Assembly: GCA_030065265.1 (NCBI GenBank)
Contig: JASJCW010000006.1
Span: 1,820-65,819, forward strand
Source of the DNA: Prochloraceae cyanobacterium
GTDB lineage: Bacteria > Cyanobacteriota > Cyanobacteriia > Cyanobacteriales > JASJDA01
DNA: 64,000 bases
Reading direction: 5' to 3'
Shown: one piece after another, positions 1-7,880 of the stretch
Position numbering within the stretch: the first letter of the stretch is position 1
How the letters are laid out: every line of letters begins with the position of its first letter
Made by a program: the position numbers and the translations under genes
The notes under the pieces: generated by a model
Seen by the model: the letters and a program-made list of their open reading frames with translations, nothing else
Told to the model about the DNA's origin: nothing
The model's database searches: none

Positions 1-81
1 GCTTATTGTGTTGTTGACAAGCATCTCGTCTAGTTTGCGGTTAGAGACGAGTTCCGATCGTCCCTAACTGCTTTTTAACTT

Positions 82-669
82 TTAACCGTATTTGGAGGCA
101 TCAAAAACATCTAACCAATGAGAACCAAAAGAAAAAGAAACAGAATTGTTAGCAGCTAGAGATTCATCAGTAGAGCGATCGCTCACAAAGGTTATGTCAG
201 AGGTAAATTGTCTGAGGTAGTTAAAAATTGTTGAGTGTCGTTCTAACGATTCGCAAATCAAGCTACTTTCTAGCTGACTGTCAGCACAGAAATAACTTTG
301 AGATTGCTTTATTGCCTCAATCTCTCTACTATACAAAATTATTTCAGATTTGTCTTGCGCTAAAAAACATCCTGAAAAATTGGTAAATGTTTGAAGCAAA
401 AACCCACAGCTATATTTAGCTTGATTTAAAGTAAACTGACTGCTTTTATTTAGTCGAGGGTAATCTACGAGTAGATAAATTTTTATCTGTTTGGAAGGTA
501 TTGATTCAATCAGCCTTACTGCTTTGGTTTTTACTTTGCCATCCTGACTGTGACAATATGCTTTCCCGTTCGGTCTTCGTAGTACTTCTGAATCAATCAA
601 GAAAGTTGTCTTGACAATTGTTTTTTTCTCTTGTCCCCGCAGTTCTTTTACATAAGTTTGTGTTACCAT
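82..669 (-). CDS. hypothetical protein (195 aa)
   Basis: Only long ORF in this stretch. No motif recognised. A hairpin (arms 699..708 and 729..738) lies just upstream. Confidence 0.5.
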   Translation of the reverse strand: MVTQTYVKELRGQEKKTIVKTTFLIDSEVLRRPNGKAYCHSQDGKVKTKAVRLIESIPSKQIKIYLLVDYPRLNKSSQFTLNQAKYSCGFLLQTFTNFSGCFLAQDKSEIILYSREIEAIKQSQSYFCADSQLESSLICESLERHSTIFNYLRQFTSDITFVSDRSTDESLAANNSVSFSFGSHWLDVFDASKYG

Positions 670-941
670 GTCACTTGTTAAATTGCGTAATTAAAAGGTA
701 GAAGCAATCGAATAATTGCCCGTTATCTATTGCTTCTATGCCTTATCTGGTACTGTGTATTGAATAAAAACTCGACTCAATATAGTTTGTATAATGAGCG
801 ATTATTGAGATTATAAATCAAAATTTGATGCAATTCACTAAAAATATTGACACGATTTATTACTGTGCAATTTTTCCGCAATTCTACCGATTTTTCTACG
901 ATATTGTGCTGAGTACATATGTTTCAGTTGCCTTACAAATA

Positions 942-967
942 AATCGGTGTCCCTGGGAACACCGATT
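942..967. repeat. Dispersed 26-bp palindrome, copy 1 of 8 (aatcggtgtccctgggaacaccgatt)
   Basis: Read directly. Consensus AATCGGTGTTCC-TA-GGAACACCGATT. One-base asymmetry in the arms. Separated from the stop of the minus-strand gene 2324..2677 only by the TnpB element. Confidence 0.85.
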
Positions 968-989
968 CAGAAAGGATAATTTAATGCCA

Positions 990-2325
990 TTTTAGCAAGA
1001 TTCGCGAGAATCCTACGATTGTAATCTTTGATTCAATCGTAGATGAATCGCCACCCAGATTTTTTTTTGTGCTATAATTATTTATAGTAAATTAAATTTG
1101 CTCTAAATGCTCAAAGTAGTCAAAGTAAGATTATATCCAAATAGCCAGCAGCAACAAGCCTTAAGCCAGTCTTTTGGTAATACTCGCTGGCTTTGGAATT
1201 ATTGTCTTAATTTGATGAATCAAACTTATATAGATACAGGAAAAGGATTATCGGGATACGAAGTTAAAAAACGAATACCACAACTGAAAAAAGAATACGA
1301 GTGGTTAAAGTTAACTTACTCTCAATGTTTGCAGCAAGTTTGTTTGAACCTTGGTACTGCTTTTAATAACTTCTTTGAACGAAGAGCTAAATATCCTCGT
1401 TTTAAATCAAAGCATGGTAAGCAATCTATACATTATCCTCAAAATGTTAAGCGGATAGAGGATTGTTTAAGGCTGCCAATGATAGGGGACGTAAAAGCAG
1501 TATTTCATCGAGAAATAAAAGGGAAAATAAAGACTGTAACTGTATCTAAGAATAAATCAGATCAATACTATGCTGCTATTTTATTTGAAGATGGAAAAGA
1601 TCAACCAGAAACAAATACTAATGGGAAAGCAATAGGTATAGACCTGGGAATTAATCACTTTGCTATAACTAGTGATGGTAGCAAGTTTGACAACCCTAGA
1701 TGGTTGACTAAACACGAGCATAATTTAAAAATTAAGCAACAAAGATTATCTAGAAGGGAGAAAGGATCTAGTAACAGAAATAAAGCTAGAAAAATTGTAT
1801 CTAAAGTACATAAAAAAATAGCTGATTGTCGCTCTGATTTTCATCACAAGCTATCACGCAGGATAGTAGACGAAAACCAAGTTATTGTAGTTGAAAATCT
1901 AGCAGTTTCAAATATGGTCAAGAACCGCAAACTATCCAAGGCTATAAGTCAAGTTGGCTGGGGACAATTCTGTACTATGCTTAAATATAAAGCAGAACAA
2001 GAGGGGAAAGTATACCAAGAAGTAGATAGGTTCTTTCCTAGCTCAAAAACTTGTAATGTTTGCCTTAACCAAGTGGATAGTTTGCCTCTTGAAATAAGAT
2101 TTTGGAACTGTTCTAACTGCGGTACTAAGCACATAGATCGTGATGTCAACGCCGCCAAAAACATCCGAGATGAAGGACTGCGAATTATTTCCTCTGGGAC
2201 GGGGGATAAAGCCTATCGCCAAACTGTAAGACGAAGTAATAGAGGACGCAAGAAATCTACTACATCGCTTGTTTCTGGGTAGGAAGCTGCTCTTGTAATC
2301 TCTGATTCAAGAGCGGTAGTTCACT
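990..2325 (+). mobile_element. IS200/IS605-superfamily TnpB-only element (no TnpA); boundaries approximate
   Basis: The tnpB ORF is flanked by two hairpins with nearly the same 12-nt loop. Left: ctacgattg-TAATCTTTGATT-caatcgtag (1013..1042). Right: gctcttg-TAATCTCTGATT-caagagc (2289..2314). This is typical of IS200/IS605 subterminal hairpins. Confidence 0.65.
1107..2282 (+). CDS. tnpB: TnpB (IS200/IS605 OrfB-type RNA-guided RuvC nuclease), apparently intact
   Basis: RuvC triad context is present: GIDLGINHFAITSDG (D), VVVENLAVSNM (E), DRDVNAAKNI (D). Zinc ribbon CNVC...CSNCG. Size of 391 aa is typical. Confidence 0.9.
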   Translation: MLKVVKVRLYPNSQQQQALSQSFGNTRWLWNYCLNLMNQTYIDTGKGLSGYEVKKRIPQLKKEYEWLKLTYSQCLQQVCLNLGTAFNNFFERRAKYPRFKSKHGKQSIHYPQNVKRIEDCLRLPMIGDVKAVFHREIKGKIKTVTVSKNKSDQYYAAILFEDGKDQPETNTNGKAIGIDLGINHFAITSDGSKFDNPRWLTKHEHNLKIKQQRLSRREKGSSNRNKARKIVSKVHKKIADCRSDFHHKLSRRIVDENQVIVVENLAVSNMVKNRKLSKAISQVGWGQFCTMLKYKAEQEGKVYQEVDRFFPSSKTCNVCLNQVDSLPLEIRFWNCSNCGTKHIDRDVNAAKNIRDEGLRIISSGTGDKAYRQTVRRSNRGRKKSTTSLVSG

Positions 2326-2677
2326 AAAGTGTCTTGCGTTCAGTATTGACGTATATTTGACGGTTTTGTAAGGCTTTTTCGATCGCTTTGATAATATCGT
2401 GAATTTTTTTGATTCTGCGATCGTCTTTTTCTTGTCCTTGCTCGACTTCATTGCGTAATAACTCTTCTCTGAGATCCATCATTTTAGGGATCTCCTTAAT
2501 TTCCATATTTGCTCTTGTCAGCTTGATGTTTATCTCTTGAAGCTTAAACTCTATACGCTCGCAAGCTTTGCTTATCTTCTTATCTACCTCTTCATCTTTT
2601 TTCGCAGTGTGCCAAACGAAACCCGCTATTATTCCGAAGTTAATTAAAAGCTGTGTTGAGTTGGTATCTATATTCAT
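2324..2677 (-). CDS. hypothetical protein with N-terminal hydrophobic segment and coiled-coil-like tail
   Basis: 117-aa ORF. LINFGIIAGFVW is hydrophobic and the rest is K/E-rich. Its stop codon sits about 10 nt from the TnpB right-end hairpin. Confidence 0.5.
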   Translation of the reverse strand: MNIDTNSTQLLINFGIIAGFVWHTAKKDEEVDKKISKACERIEFKLQEINIKLTRANMEIKEIPKMMDLREELLRNEVEQGQEKDDRRIKKIHDIIKAIEKALQNRQIYVNTERKTL

Positions 2678-2728
2678 GGTATAATATAAAGTTATTTTTT
2701 TTGGGCAACTATTAGATATTAAATTTTA

Positions 2729-2980
2729 TTACTTTGTTTCGTCTTCAGTGTTATCACCGAACCGATTCGAGTTATTTTTTTGTAATTCCCTATCCACAAT
2801 TTCCTCTACTTCTAGCGGGGTTATCTCCTTGTTGAAGTCTACTTCTAGACCGTTAGGAGTGTGAACGGAAAAAGTGGTGGAAGAAAAGACTAGGATCATC
2901 ACAGATACAGTAGTAAGACCGCCTTGTGCTGTATTCCTGAACAACTGGGCATAAGTTTTTAGCTTGCCATTTTTCATCAC
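2729..2980 (-). CDS. hypothetical small membrane protein
   Basis: 83-aa ORF with one hydrophobic stretch (GGLTTVSVMILVFSSTTF). Same strand as the neighbouring gene. Confidence 0.45.
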   Translation of the reverse strand: MMKNGKLKTYAQLFRNTAQGGLTTVSVMILVFSSTTFSVHTPNGLEVDFNKEITPLEVEEIVDRELQKNNSNRFGDNTEDETK

Positions 2981-3089
2981 ACATACCTCTAACTCGTCTC
3001 TCTTAATACCAATTTAGGTTTTTAGACTCCAAAAGCGATCGTAGTATTGTAGTAAAAATCAGACGAGATGTAATTCATCTGCAATACAA

Positions 3090-3398
3090 GTGAAGGGAAG
3101 ACAGCTTAGTATAAGGCTTTCAGACCAAGAGAATGAGTTTTTAGAACTAATGGTCGATCGGTGGGGTTGCTCGCGATCTGACGTTATTAGGATGCTGCTT
3201 AGAAACGAATATGAGTTAATAATTAGAGAAAATTCTAACGGTATAACTCTTTCAGAGAAAGAAGAGAGCTTTTTGGATTTTTTAGGTGATAGGTGGGGCT
3301 GTTCGAGATCTGACGCATTTAAAACTCTTATACGTAGCGAATACGAGTTAATCTTGAGAGAGCCGTCAAGCAACTTAAACGATAATGAAAATTCCTAA
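3090..3398 (+). CDS. tandem ribbon-helix-helix (CopG/Arc-type) DNA-binding protein, two RHH units in one chain
   Basis: Two internal repeats: LSIRLSDQENEFLELMVDRWGCSRSDVIRMLLRNEYELIIRE and ITLSEKEESFLDFLGDRWGCSRSDAFKTLIRSEYELILRE. GTG start. The repeat is also visible at the DNA level. Confidence 0.7.
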   Translation: MKGRQLSIRLSDQENEFLELMVDRWGCSRSDVIRMLLRNEYELIIRENSNGITLSEKEESFLDFLGDRWGCSRSDAFKTLIRSEYELILREPSSNLNDNENS

Positions 3399-3810
3399 AA
3401 AACTGCAGAAAAAGATAAAGGATATATATGCTGATGTCGTGGCAAAGTACGACATGGAGAGCGATCGGGTAATTGAGGATCCTAACGAGTTCGCTAATTT
3501 AGGTTTTGTTGACTGGGACATCGTTTTAACTGGTAGATTGCTAGACTCAAAAATAATAGAGACACAAGGGAGCTTTGCCACCAAATTTAGTTGGGATCCC
3601 GTCTCTCCCGAAAATAACTATCACTATGCCAGTGCTGTTTTTTGGGGGTTTAACGCCTGGGGTGGAACTAAGTTTATCCCTGGTCGCCCCTGGTCGGAGA
3701 GAGCTGCACACAATATAGATTGTGTCAGTTACTTTGCCAAAGAACTTAATAAAGCCGGCTATAATGCAAAGGTAATTCGAGATGACACCAGAACGATCGG
3801 CAAGCCATGA
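3385..3810 (+). CDS. hypothetical protein (141 aa)
   Basis: ORF overlaps the end of the RHH gene by 14 nt, so operon-like. No motif recognised. Confidence 0.55.
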   Translation: MKIPKKLQKKIKDIYADVVAKYDMESDRVIEDPNEFANLGFVDWDIVLTGRLLDSKIIETQGSFATKFSWDPVSPENNYHYASAVFWGFNAWGGTKFIPGRPWSERAAHNIDCVSYFAKELNKAGYNAKVIRDDTRTIGKP

Positions 3811-3950
3811 TAAGAGAAACTTTTGAAATCAGTCTCAGCAGCACTCTAGTAGATCGAGGATCGAAAAAACCTAAAAGTTTTACTTATCGCTATCGTCAAT
3901 ACTATTGCCCTTCTTGCCAAACATTGCCAGAACAAAAGCCAGAAGATTAA
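3807..3950 (+). CDS. small hypothetical protein (47 aa, contains CPSC)
   Basis: Not in the ORF track (<60 aa). Its ATG overlaps the upstream stop as ATGA (3807..3810). Translation: MIRETFEISLSSTLVDRGSKKPKSFTYRYRQYYCPSCQTLPEQKPED. Ends inside the terminator hairpin. Confidence 0.4.
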   Translation: MIRETFEISLSSTLVDRGSKKPKSFTYRYRQYYCPSCQTLPEQKPED

Positions 3951-3963
3951 TTCTTCTGGCTTT
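3938..3963 (+). terminator. intrinsic-terminator-like hairpin
   Basis: gccagaaga-ttaat-tcttctggc followed by TTT. Confidence 0.55.
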
Positions 3964-3985
3964 AAGGTTCCAGTTTTAACTTTTG

Positions 3986-4456
3986 TTAAATCCGTGTTCC
4001 TGGGAACACCGATTCATTTTCACTCAAAGAAACTTTTTTGACCATCCAAGCTGTTTCGCCTCCTATTTTACCTTTCTTGAGAAATACCCAATTGCCTCTA
4101 ACAAAAAGATTGACATTCTTTTTAGTCTTAGGTCGAACTCCGATAATTGCCTTTACTTCTGAGGTAGTGAGCAGCCATCATAATTCGCAGGAGGGTACTG
4201 CAACTATAAAACGAAAGCGATTTAAAACAACGCAGTTGTTGCGCTTAAAGTTTTTAGTTGTAGGGGAATCCTGCGCCAACCCTTTATGCAGCACGCGAAT
4301 GTATGGTAAAATACATAAACTCAACTTAAGACACGAAGACTTAAAAAAGAACAGGTGAAATACCTGATACACAACCGCGTATGCAGTCTGCCAATCATTG
4401 GTGAACAGACAATCGTCAGGGGTATAAATTAGACGCTTTTTTAGGAAGTGAATCAT
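3986..4456 (-). pseudogene. possible disrupted gene: ORF 4178..4456 continues in frame after a TGA (4178..4180) into a protein-like C-terminal remnant
   Basis: Minus-strand frame after the TGA reads WLLTTSEVKAIIGVRPKTKKNVNLFVRGNWVFLKKGKIGGETAWMVKKVSLSENESVFPGTRI*, with no usable start codon. The upstream part overlaps non-coding element A. Confidence 0.25.
3989..4014. repeat. Dispersed 26-bp palindrome, copy 2 of 8 (aatccgtgttcctgggaacaccgatt)
   Basis: Read directly. Overlaps the last codons (..NESVFPGTRI*) of the minus-strand coding remnant 3986..4177. Confidence 0.85.
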
Positions 4457-4634
4457 TTTTCAAGTTGAAAAAAGATAAAAGTAGACTCAATTACTTCGGT
4501 ATGAGAGGGTAGGGTCGCCTTGACAGTGCCTGTGTGCTGCCGTAACTGGCAGGTTCGTAGCTTGTGTTACCGCCGAGATTCTGTTTTTAAGAATCCGTTT
4601 CTATAACGGAGTTTAGGAACGGAGTATGTCAATG
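4300..4634 (+). ncRNA. Element A: unclassified structured-RNA-like element, paralogue of element B
   Basis: Near-identical blocks shared with 10399..10745 in reverse complement. UUCG hairpin (tac-ttcg-gta, 4492..4501). Helix 4537..4552 (ctgcc/ggcag) covaries with B (acacc/ggtgt). Closing helix ttgaca (4520..4525) / tgtcaa (4627..4632). TAAAAT -10-like box at 4307..4312. Confidence 0.4.
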
Positions 4635-4684
4635 ATTCTCCTTAGCTTGCTCTAACCACTGATGCTTTTCTATGGGGGAACTCA

Positions 4685-5119
4685 TTACTTGTTAGCTCCA
4701 AAGTAGTTAGCCTCGATCGCTTCAATAGCTTCAGTACCACTTTCAAAGTAGTAAAATTGTTTCCCTAACTCCCACTTAGTTTGAGCTATCCATATATCCC
4801 CTAAACACCAATACTTTCCGATCTCCTTCCCTAGATGTTTAATTACTTTGCGATTGTCAGCATCTATATCTAATTCTGTGGGAGTGCCGCGCCACTGCAA
4901 GTAATCTCTCTCGATCGTTTCGATCGCTTCTTCTCTTGTAGGGTAATAATCAGTCCTGCTAAACTCGCTACTTACCCAATAGTCTCCGTTATTCCAGCTA
5001 GTAACTTGACCTATCTCTCTCCCAGTAGAACGATCGTATATTTTGCCTACTCTTTTGTTGTTTTGAGTGCTGAAAATTACGTCAAATTGCTGCTGTTTGA
5101 CTGCTGTTCTGAGTGTCAT
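4685..5119 (-). CDS. hypothetical protein with internal duplication
   Basis: 144-aa ORF. Two similar halves, each ending in an ...(E)EAIE(T/A)IE... segment, and the W/Y-rich pattern repeats. Confidence 0.6.
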   Translation of the reverse strand: MTLRTAVKQQQFDVIFSTQNNKRVGKIYDRSTGREIGQVTSWNNGDYWVSSEFSRTDYYPTREEAIETIERDYLQWRGTPTELDIDADNRKVIKHLGKEIGKYWCLGDIWIAQTKWELGKQFYYFESGTEAIEAIEANYFGANK

Positions 5120-5291
5120 AATATGTTTAGAAGTAAATAAATTTTGTGTTTTTCGAGCGGTTCTGATATCTCTGGCGGGAGTTTCAACCGCTCATGTCTT
5201 TTATTGTGGCTCCTAAAAATAACAGTGTCAAGTACTAGTGTGCATTTGTGCATTAATGGTGTATATTGGAAATGTAGAGTAAAGAGCAAGC

Positions 5292-5522
5292 ATGAAGATA
5301 AAGAGAGTTCAAGAAGTTGAAGACACGAGAATAGCGAGAAAAATTCTAGTTGCCAGAAAATTAAGCGATAAGAGTTTGGAGCAGATTTGTAAAGAAGTGG
5401 GGGTATCTCGAACTTACTGGTATTCCATTGAAAAAGACGACTTAACAGGTAGCTTGTCTTATGCCAACTTGAAAAAGATTGAAAGTGTCTTGGATATAGA
5501 GTTAGAAATTTACTTTGATTAA
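5292..5522 (+). CDS. XRE-family helix-turn-helix transcriptional regulator
   Basis: SLEQICKEVGVSRTYWYSIEKDD is a classic Cro/CI-type HTH. 76 aa. Divergent from 4685..5119 across a 172-bp region that contains a hairpin (5155..5193) and a tgtgcat direct repeat. Confidence 0.8.
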   Translation: MKIKRVQEVEDTRIARKILVARKLSDKSLEQICKEVGVSRTYWYSIEKDDLTGSLSYANLKKIESVLDIELEIYFD

Positions 5523-5530
5523 TTAAACCA

Positions 5531-5648
5531 GTTAGAATCGAACCTAAAAAGGTTAGAATCGAACCTAATTGAGTTTGAATCGAACCAAAATGGTTAGAAT
5601 CAAAGTTAGAATCGAATATTGATTAAAGATTCAGAGTTAGAAATAAAA
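5531..5648 (+). repeat. array of about 6 direct repeats, GTTAGAATCGAACC-type (iteron or centromere-like)
   Basis: Copies start at 5531, 5552, 5573 (gtttgaatcgaacc), 5593, 5605 and 5636 (degenerate), immediately after the XRE gene stop. Confidence 0.75.
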
Positions 5649-5791
5649 AAATACCCTAGATGACTAGGGGCTGTGTTGTCTATAAATCTCTGTTAAAGTT
5701 TAAATCACTGCCATAGATAATCATCTATCTTTGACTTTGATGTAAGAGTATTATAAATGATATGAGAATAGTTTAATAGGGAGCGATCGCC

Positions 5792-5938
5792 GTGCCGCTT
5801 AAAAAGGGATATAGTAAGAAGAGTATAAGCGACAATATCAAGAGAGAAAGAAAAGTGGGGAAGTCTACCAAGCAAGCAACAGCGATCGCTTTGTCAGTTG
5901 CCAAAAAAGCTAAGGCTAAAGCGAAAAAGAAAAAGTAG
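5792..5938 (+). CDS. small basic protein (48 aa), GYSKKSISDNI...KQATAIALSVAKKAKA type
   Basis: Not in the ORF track. GTG start 8 nt after GGGAG. Translation: VPLKKGYSKKSISDNIKREKKVGKSTKQATAIALSVAKKAKAKAKKKK. It looks more protein-like than the antisense hydrophobic ORF 5773..5967. Confidence 0.45.
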   Translation: MPLKKGYSKKSISDNIKRERKVGKSTKQATAIALSVAKKAKAKAKKKK

Positions 5939-5941
5939 TTA

Positions 5942-6196
5942 TTACAAATATTTCTTTTCAATAGCATATTCTATTGCTTTTGTAGGTTCTATGTTGTAAT
6001 TGAGTATTGCTTTGATCGCTCTCTCTACGTCAGCACGATCGAATTCTACAGCAGCAATTTCAGCTTTGACTTTTTTATGGATATTAGAGCGATAAGACTT
6101 TTTCAAATGCTCTTTATTGAGTTCTAGATATATATCAATTGCTTGCTTTAACGTAGTTTTGAGTTCTGACGGCATGGGAAAAATAATTTCCATCAA
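5942..6196 (-). CDS. hypothetical protein (84 aa)
   Basis: ORF from the track. No motif recognised. Confidence 0.5.
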   Translation of the reverse strand: MMEIIFPMPSELKTTLKQAIDIYLELNKEHLKKSYRSNIHKKVKAEIAAVEFDRADVERAIKAILNYNIEPTKAIEYAIEKKYL

Positions 6197-6307
6197 TATT
6201 AAAAACTCGATCGTACAATCAATTAATTATACAATTGAGTTTTCCACTATTAGAGTTTTTTCTCCAATAAAGCAAAACCCCCGATCCCAGAAGGATCGGG
6301 GGTTTTA

Positions 6308-6550
6308 TTAGAATTCGTTGTTTATGTAAAACTCAAAAGCTTCTATTGGTGATTTAAAATCGTTATCCTCTTGGTTCATTCGGTGTAAGTATTCTAGAAT
6401 CAGCCAATATCCTGTAGTATCTTCAGCTATCGTTGCTATCCTGTAAGAATCTCTATATAGCGTCCATTGCCTCAAGTCTTTATGCCCTGGGATGTAACCC
6501 TTAACAACTTTAAAGTTTACGCTGTCAATCGTCAGTAATTCAGTTTTCAT
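6308..6550 (-). CDS. hypothetical protein (80 aa)
   Basis: ORF from the track. Preceded by the operator-like region 6561..6698. Confidence 0.55.
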   Translation of the reverse strand: MKTELLTIDSVNFKVVKGYIPGHKDLRQWTLYRDSYRIATIAEDTTGYWLILEYLHRMNQEDNDFKSPIEAFEFYINNEF

Positions 6551-6560
6551 GGTTCACTTT

Positions 6561-6698
6561 GTTTTGTTTGTTATGAATCCAGTATAACAATAATATTATT
6601 GTTATGATATTCGCCAAATAACGCCAACAAATATAAGCAATCTGGCTGAAGGTAGCGCAATAATATTATTGTTATACTTAGGACATAACAAACAAAAC
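6561..6698. promoter_or_regulatory. nested palindromic control region
   Basis: Outer inverted arms gttttgtttgttat (6561..6574) and ataacaaacaaaac (6685..6698). Inside are two copies of caataatattattgttat (6588..6605 and 6658..6675), each containing the palindrome CAATAATATTATTG. Confidence 0.6.
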
Positions 6699-6784
6699 AG
6701 AGAGCCAAAATGAACTCACATCTAGCTAAAAAAATCGCCGATTAAGTATTTAGGTTTTCGATATTCTACGCGCACATTTTCCTT

Positions 6785-7609
6785 TTATTCTTCTCCTTCT
6801 AATAATTCTAGTTTTTTTAAAAAATTTAAGCAGTCTTCCCCACTTTCTGTAACTTTAACGTACTTACTTATATCTACTTTCTCCCGACCTCTCATCTCAC
6901 CAATTGTCTTCCCATCCAATCTTTCAATCAATCGTAACCGTGCCAATTTTCGTAATTCATATATAACCTTATGGGTAACTTTATAATCTTGAGCCATATT
7001 GGCCTTCAAGTATTTAAGATGTTTCTTTTCATAATTGGTAAGCAAAGGATAGAATAATTCTTTCTGCCATTGTACCTGCTTTTGCAATTCGATTTTAACG
7101 AGGTCAAACTGTTTTAATTTGTCTTTTAATTGCGTTTCATATGGCTCTAATTTTTTTAATCCTTGCTTGATATTGTCTAATTGCTCATCAATTTCTTTGT
7201 GTCTCTCATTTATTCTTTTCTCGTTCTCTTCTAATGCATCTTGGAGAAGTTTATCTGCATTTTCTTTTAAATCATTTTTATATGCTTTATTATTTTTTTC
7301 TATTTCTTGTTTTGACTGCCAGTTCATAAAACCAATAAAGAATAAAAATAATGTAGCAATTGCTGTGAATGCACCCAAAGTTAAATTATAATAAAACTCT
7401 AAAAAATTACGGTGAGATTTGAATTCTTCAAGAAGAAATTTAGAGTATTCAAGAATTGTTTTACTCGGCTCTGGCGTTTGAGTTATTAGGTTGACTTGTT
7501 CCTTAGATTGACTAGGTATTAGTTTTTGATCCGATTGATTTGTTGCTATTGGATAAAGATTGGCGAAACAAGAGTAACACAAGACTGCTAAGATTATTCC
7601 TCTGAACAT
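6785..7609 (-). CDS. membrane-anchored coiled-coil protein (hypothetical)
   Basis: 274 aa. Hydrophobic N-terminus (IILAVLCYSCF), a second hydrophobic segment (LGAFTAIATLFLFFIGF), then a long K/E/Q-rich region. Confidence 0.6.
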   Translation of the reverse strand: MFRGIILAVLCYSCFANLYPIATNQSDQKLIPSQSKEQVNLITQTPEPSKTILEYSKFLLEEFKSHRNFLEFYYNLTLGAFTAIATLFLFFIGFMNWQSKQEIEKNNKAYKNDLKENADKLLQDALEENEKRINERHKEIDEQLDNIKQGLKKLEPYETQLKDKLKQFDLVKIELQKQVQWQKELFYPLLTNYEKKHLKYLKANMAQDYKVTHKVIYELRKLARLRLIERLDGKTIGEMRGREKVDISKYVKVTESGEDCLNFLKKLELLEGEE

Positions 7610-7754
7610 ATTCTGAAATACTCACTGCTAAGAGCTTATTTCTTTAAATTTTAGGCTACCAACTTTTGCCGGAAAGCTTATCTCTAAAGAGTTTTAAGCT
7701 TTGGAAATTGAGTCAATTGAGAACTTGATTTTGGCTAGTTTCCGCAAAACAATG

Positions 7755-7782
7755 TTGCAACTGTGTTGATGCTTACTATATA
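7755..7782 (+). promoter_or_regulatory. sigma70-like promoter candidate (TTGCAA-16 nt-TATATA)
   Basis: Read directly upstream of 7881..8291. Lies inside a long-range inverted repeat ggctaccaactt ... aagttggtagcc. Confidence 0.35.
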
Positions 7783-7880
7783 TTTTGATGCAATTACTTG
7801 TCCCGCTTCAAGTTGGTAGCCATCAGCAGCAATCTAAAAAAACAACTACAAGTTAGCTACTTTTAATCAATAGCAGTCCC

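Noticed and set aside
942-967. The 26-bp palindromes as ordinary rho-independent terminators.
   Set aside because: None of the eight copies is followed by a T/U-run on either strand. They are kept as a finding with other proposed roles, not annotated as canonical terminators.
3059-3373. 104-aa minus-strand ORF antisense to the tandem-RHH gene.
   Set aside because: It mirrors the internal DNA duplication of the plus-strand RHH gene, and the plus-strand translation has a recognisable fold signature.
4178-4456. Track ORFs 4178..4456 (-) and 10581..10847 (+) as a pair of homologous small proteins.
   Set aside because: The DNA similarity continues across indels that change the reading frame, so the proteins match for only ~20 residues. 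It also extends into clearly non-coding hairpins. The conservation is at the nucleotide or structure level (elements A and B).
5531-5648. tRNA or T-arm-like sequence. The reverse complement GGTTCGATTCTAAC resembles a T-loop.
   Set aside because: The flanking bases do not form a 5-bp T-stem. No acceptor, D or anticodon arms can be drawn. The motif is simply repeated about six times.
5773-5967. 64-aa minus-strand ORF (MLLKRNICNNYFFFFALALAF...).
   Set aside because: It is antisense to a more protein-like 48-aa plus-strand ORF (5792..5938) that has a GGGAG ribosome-binding site. The hydrophobic sequence arises from reading a lysine/alanine-rich gene backwards.
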